From assembly GCA_963703315.1 (NCBI GenBank), contig OY969811.1:3392001-3456000 (forward strand): a stretch of 64,000 nucleotides of DNA, given 5' to 3'. The translations under genes and the position numbers were made by a program. Shown piece by piece: positions 60,220 to 64,000 of the stretch. Below the pieces are notes generated by a model that made no database searches, had not been told where the DNA came from, and saw only the letters and a program-made list of their open reading frames with translations. Numbering within the stretch: the first letter of the stretch is position 1; every line of letters starts with the position of its first letter. The stretch comes from an uncultured cyanobacterium. Lineage in GTDB: Bacteria; Cyanobacteriota; Cyanobacteriia; Pseudanabaenales; Pseudanabaenaceae.

Positions 60220-61239
60220 ATGAAAAAAAACTTGTTATCACCTATTCATTTTGCTGTAACCATAGGATTAGTAACATTAGTTGGCTTGACTTCCTGTAGC
60301 AACAATGAGCAAGCACCAACATCACAGCCTAATCCAACAACGACTAAAGCTGCTGATAAAGAACCTGCCAAAGACGCTAAACCTGCTCAAACTCAAGCAG
60401 CCCAAGCTCCCATTTCCGAAATCACGATCGCCTTTGCCACTCGTCGTGACACCAAAGATTTACAAACCAAAGTTGACCAAGTTGCCGCCATCCTATCCAA
60501 AGAAGTTGGCATTCCTGTTAAAGGTGTAATCGGTGACGAAACCGCATCAGTGGAAGCCCTCAGAGCTAATCGCGCTAGTGTTGCTTTTCTTAGTGGTCGT
60601 GCTGCACTCAAGGCAGAACAACTATCAGGCGCAAAAATGTACTTAGCAGAAGTACGCACTGATTATTCGGGTGGTAAATCTTACAATGCTGTATTTGTTG
60701 TTCCTGAAGAGAGTCCTTTAAAATCTCTGTCCGATCCTCAAAAAACTCTAGAACAGTTACGTGGTAAACGGATGGCATTTACTTCCCGTTCTTCTGGTTC
60801 AGGATTTATCTTTCCTGTGAGCGAATTGGTAGGGCTGAAGTTTGTAGATGGTCCTGATCGCTTAGAGCAGTTTTTTGGGAAAGTTACCTATGGGGATGGC
60901 TATAGCAGCGCCTTGCAAGCAGTATTGCGTGACCAAGCGGATGTGGCTGTAGTTTCAGAATATGCGTTGCTTCCACCTTGGATTACTGCCGAAGAGGGGA
61001 AAAAGTTGCGGGTTCTCCATGCTGTTCCCAATGTACCTGCTCATGGAATTTCCATTGATGACAGTGTGCCTGCGGATGTGCGCGAAAAGCTAGTTAATGC
61101 TTTTCTAAAACTAAATGAGCCTGCCAATAATGAACTATTCCGCAGTCTTTACAATTCCACGCAGCTAGTCAAGGTTGATCACGAGGCGCACTTGGCGACT
61201 ATGCGTACCGCTATTCAACGGGCGGGATTAAAACCATAA
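60220..61239 (+). CDS. phnD: Phosphonate/phosphite-family ABC substrate-binding lipoprotein
   Basis: Lipobox LTSC; LRGKRMAF...SGSGF; operon with phnC and phnE; alternative start 60193. Confidence 0.75.
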   Translation: MKKNLLSPIHFAVTIGLVTLVGLTSCSNNEQAPTSQPNPTTTKAADKEPAKDAKPAQTQAAQAPISEITIAFATRRDTKDLQTKVDQVAAILSKEVGIPVKGVIGDETASVEALRANRASVAFLSGRAALKAEQLSGAKMYLAEVRTDYSGGKSYNAVFVVPEESPLKSLSDPQKTLEQLRGKRMAFTSRSSGSGFIFPVSELVGLKFVDGPDRLEQFFGKVTYGDGYSSALQAVLRDQADVAVVSEYALLPPWITAEEGKKLRVLHAVPNVPAHGISIDDSVPADVREKLVNAFLKLNEPANNELFRSLYNSTQLVKVDHEAHLATMRTAIQRAGLKP

Positions 61240-61366
61240 ATTTATTGCCTAGCTTTGCTAGGCAATAAATTTATTTATATAAATAGGACTTACGCAGAAA
61301 TTGATTAAGCCCTCACCCCTCTCCCGCAGGAGAGGGGGAACAAGAAAAAATTAGAATTTCAAAACG

Positions 61367-62146
61367 ATGGAACCTTTACCAGATAACAATTTGCCTGCGA
61401 TCGCTTGTCACAATATCCGCACTGAATATCAATCAACTTTACATCGCCCAATTTTGAATGGAATTGATCTCCAAATCAATCATGGGGAATTTGTCGCTTT
61501 ATTGGGAATGAATGGAGCAGGAAAATCCACCTTACTGCGATCGCTTGTTGGCTTAGTGCCGATTAAACAAGGCGAAATTCAAATATGCGGTATTCCCGTT
61601 GAGCAGAGACATATTGGCGCTGTTCGCAAAAATATTGGCTTCCTCTTTCAAGGTGGTGGGCTAGTTGATCAGTTGACCTGTTTAGATAATGTCCTCTGTG
61701 GTTGTCTTGGTGAGTTGACTACGTGGCAGAGCCTCTGGGGATTTCCTCAACGCGATCGCCGTGTGGCTATGCAGCTATTGCAAAAAATGGGCTTGCAAGA
61801 GCAAATCTATCAAAAAGCGCGACAGCTAAGCGGTGGTCAACGTCAGAGAGTAGCGATCGCCCGTACCTTAATTCAGTCTCCCCATATTTTACTTGCCGAT
61901 GAGCCAACTACAGGCTTGGATGTATCAGGGATTAATCAAGTGATGGAATCTCTCTCAGAAATGCACAGCAAAGGCTTAACGGTAGTGGTGGTGATGCATG
62001 ATCTCGCACTGGCTGCCCAGTATGCTCAGAGAGCGATTATTCTCGATGAAGGGAAGGTCTGGTATGATGGGGATTGTCAAAATATTGAAAGACAGTTTGC
62101 CCGATTGCAAAGCCTGTCTCAATTTCCGTCCGCTAGCGCTGCCTAA
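61367..62146 (+). CDS. phnC: Phosphonate-type ABC ATPase
   Basis: GMNGAGKST, LSGGQRQRVAIAR, LADEP. Confidence 0.8.
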   Translation: MEPLPDNNLPAIACHNIRTEYQSTLHRPILNGIDLQINHGEFVALLGMNGAGKSTLLRSLVGLVPIKQGEIQICGIPVEQRHIGAVRKNIGFLFQGGGLVDQLTCLDNVLCGCLGELTTWQSLWGFPQRDRRVAMQLLQKMGLQEQIYQKARQLSGGQRQRVAIARTLIQSPHILLADEPTTGLDVSGINQVMESLSEMHSKGLTVVVVMHDLALAAQYAQRAIILDEGKVWYDGDCQNIERQFARLQSLSQFPSASAA

Positions 62147-62961
62147 TGAAATTTTCTGATTGGATTCGCCATAACATTTCTAAATTTACCTCTAACCATC
62201 ACCATATCTGGTTTGTCAGAGTTGGCATAATTGTTGGTTTAGGATGGGCTTATATCTGGTCATTAAATGGACTAAAGGTTAATCTAGAATTAATCAAAAC
62301 TAGTCTGCCCTACATGACAGATTTTCTGTCTAGGCTATTACCACCTGATTTGAGCATCCTTGATGTGGCGGTTAAAGCCCTAATTGAGACTGTGCAAATG
62401 TCTCTATGGGGAACGACTATTGGCGCAATTCTTTCCATTCCCCTTGCACTTTTATCTGCCCGCAATCTTTCTCCTTTTTGGTTGCGATCGCTTGCTAACT
62501 TATTCCAAAATGCAATCCGTTCGGTTCCATCAATTATTTTAGGATTATTCTTTGTGGCAGCGACAGGTTTAGGTGCGCCCGCAGGAACTCTTGCCCTAGG
62601 GATTTATACGATTGGCTATTTAGCCAAGTTCTATCAAGAAGCGATCGAATCTGTAGATCAGCGATCGCTAGAAGCCTTGCAAGTGAGCCGTGCCTCATGG
62701 TGGCAAATTGCTCAATATGGCGTGATGCCTCAAGTTTTGCCGCTTTGCCTTGGTTATACTATCTATATGTTTGAATATAATATTCGTGCCGCCTCAGTTT
62801 TAGGTGTAGTCGGTGCGGGTGGGATTGGCTTCGAGCTAGTTAGCTATATTCGTGGTTTTGAATATAACAAAGCGACAACAATGATGTTGGTTTTGTTAGT
62901 AGTTGTCACTAGTATTGATGCCCTCAGCAGTCAATTGCGGAATAAGTTTAAATCTAATTAA
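62146..62961 (+). CDS. phnE: Phosphonate-type ABC permease
   Basis: LLPPD, ETVQM, FEYNIRAASVLGVVGAGGIG. Confidence 0.88.
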   Translation: MKFSDWIRHNISKFTSNHHHIWFVRVGIIVGLGWAYIWSLNGLKVNLELIKTSLPYMTDFLSRLLPPDLSILDVAVKALIETVQMSLWGTTIGAILSIPLALLSARNLSPFWLRSLANLFQNAIRSVPSIILGLFFVAATGLGAPAGTLALGIYTIGYLAKFYQEAIESVDQRSLEALQVSRASWWQIAQYGVMPQVLPLCLGYTIYMFEYNIRAASVLGVVGAGGIGFELVSYIRGFEYNKATTMMLVLLVVVTSIDALSSQLRNKFKSN

Positions 62962-62966
62962 TCCGC

Positions 62967-63698
62967 CTAGATAAATACCATAGGCTTGTTCTTAAATGGA
63001 GCGAAAGCTTCGGCATCAAAACGGTATAGGCTAGCAGGGCGACCTGCCCCCCGTGACGCTTTGATTCCTGTATCACTGAGAAATCCTAATTTCAATAAGC
63101 GAGTGCGGAAATTGGAATAGTCAGAAAAATTTTCGCCCAAAACTGTTGTATAGAGTTGATAGAGATCGCTAAGAGTAAATGCTTCAGGCAAGACATCAAA
63201 GGCAACAGGGCTATATTCCAATTTGTTGCAGAGGCGGCAATGTCCATATTCAAGAATGCGATTGTGATCAAAGGCAAGTTCAGGAACTTGCTTCACAGGA
63301 TACCATGCGATGCCACTAACTCCATCGGCAATTAGTTCCGCTTGAGAGAATGGAACTAGCGCAAAATAGCTAACGGATAGATAGCGCACAGCATAACTAT
63401 CAGGTGCTTCGCGAGGATCGCGTCCGATATCGCCAAAGGTGAAGAGTTGCTCCAAATAGAGATTTTTAGCACGGATTTTTTCCGAGAGGATGCGATAGGC
63501 GGCTTCTTCGAGGGATTCACCTTGTCGCACGAGGGTTCCGGGGAGACACCAGCGATCGCGATAGGGTTCATGGTGTCGCATCACCAGTAGCACCAATAGA
63601 CGATTCTGCTCAGTATCTACGGAAAAGATCACGTTATCGACACCGACCTTGAAGTCTGCCAAGGGTTTGGGGGCTATGGGGCGGGAATTGTCTGCCAT
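62967..63698 (-). CDS. nrtR: NrtR regulator (Nudix + winged helix)
   Basis: YLEQLFTFG...RDPR, LAFDH, FTLSDL, NFR, GRPASLY. Confidence 0.9.
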   Translation of the reverse strand: MADNSRPIAPKPLADFKVGVDNVIFSVDTEQNRLLVLLVMRHHEPYRDRWCLPGTLVRQGESLEEAAYRILSEKIRAKNLYLEQLFTFGDIGRDPREAPDSYAVRYLSVSYFALVPFSQAELIADGVSGIAWYPVKQVPELAFDHNRILEYGHCRLCNKLEYSPVAFDVLPEAFTLSDLYQLYTTVLGENFSDYSNFRTRLLKLGFLSDTGIKASRGAGRPASLYRFDAEAFAPFKNKPMVFI

Positions 63699-64000
63699 GC
63701 GTAAAGCGACTCTTGTTGGATATATGCTGCGACTGTGGGTATTATGACTGAACTGTTGCCATTGTTGCGATAGTCTGACGAAGAAACATTAGGTATCGAG
63801 GTGGACTCAGGCGCGATCGCGACTTCAGTACCCATATTCACAAGGCGATCGATATCTGCATCAGCAATAGTTACACCTTGACGGGGAACTACTAGCAACT
63901 TAACCTGAGTGAGCAAATCTTCGGCGCGATACCATGTTGGTAACTGCGACACAAGGTCACCACCGATGACGAGGGTGAAGGTTGCCTCATGCCAGATTTG
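63674..64000 (-). CDS. nadD: Nicotinate-nucleotide adenylyltransferase, C-terminal part (truncated by the window)
   Basis: FTLVIGGDL..QLPTWY, VVPR, VSSSDYR, YIQQESLY; adjacent to nrtR. Confidence 0.85.
   Translation of the reverse strand, partial: QIWHEATFTLVIGGDLVSQLPTWYRAEDLLTQVKLLVVPRQGVTIADADIDRLVNMGTEVAIAPESTSIPNVSSSDYRNNGNSSVIIPTVAAYIQQESLYAWQTIPAP

Larger units (their letters stand above)
1..64000. repeat. HIP1 octamer GCGATCGC dispersed throughout
   Basis: Seen very frequently in coding and non-coding DNA (e.g. near 253, 370, 516, 791); hallmark of cyanobacteria. Confidence 0.95.

Noticed and set aside
60223..60230. A8 tract after the phnD start as a phase-variation site
   Set aside because: Lys-Lys-Asn after Met is ordinary for signal peptides in AT-rich genomes

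Overview
Cyanobacterial chromosomal window, most likely a Pseudanabaena-type filamentous strain (abundant HIP1 GCGATCGC, gene content). Housekeeping and signalling content: pepN 3' end, B12 radical SAM, a divergent two-partner secretion pair, Ser/Thr kinase-GUN4, ubiX, FHA-GAF adenylate cyclase, argD, recN, three Uma2 genes, the Hmp/Pil chemosensory cluster, comM, a 7TM-HD hydrolase, rnpB, spoIID-like, galE, rimP-nusA-ylxR, cysK, mutT, phycocyanin rod linkers, pyrE, a PhnDCE-like ABC system, nrtR and nadD. Three things stand out. (1) An envelope-polysaccharide locus (41.2-51.5 kb) holds an exosortase-type surface protein, HepB-like and HepC-like transferases and Wzc around an HTH-NB-ARC-WD40 STAND protein; three upstream regions in it carry helically phased TAAC-box arrays, two sharing an identical 20-mer, which suggests an undescribed STAND transcriptional regulon. 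(2) There is a dense set of TA-flanked miniature elements and long palindromes, including a three-level nested insertion and an IS630 transposase relic, with conserved C-(G/A)NA-G triloops, flipped loops and arms that mirror adjacent gene ends. (3) A cpcH-cpcI-cpcD linker set lacks cpcBA but carries an RcaC L-box-like repeat. No CRISPR array, tRNA or rRNA was seen. All calls are from reading the sequence by eye; no database searches were run.
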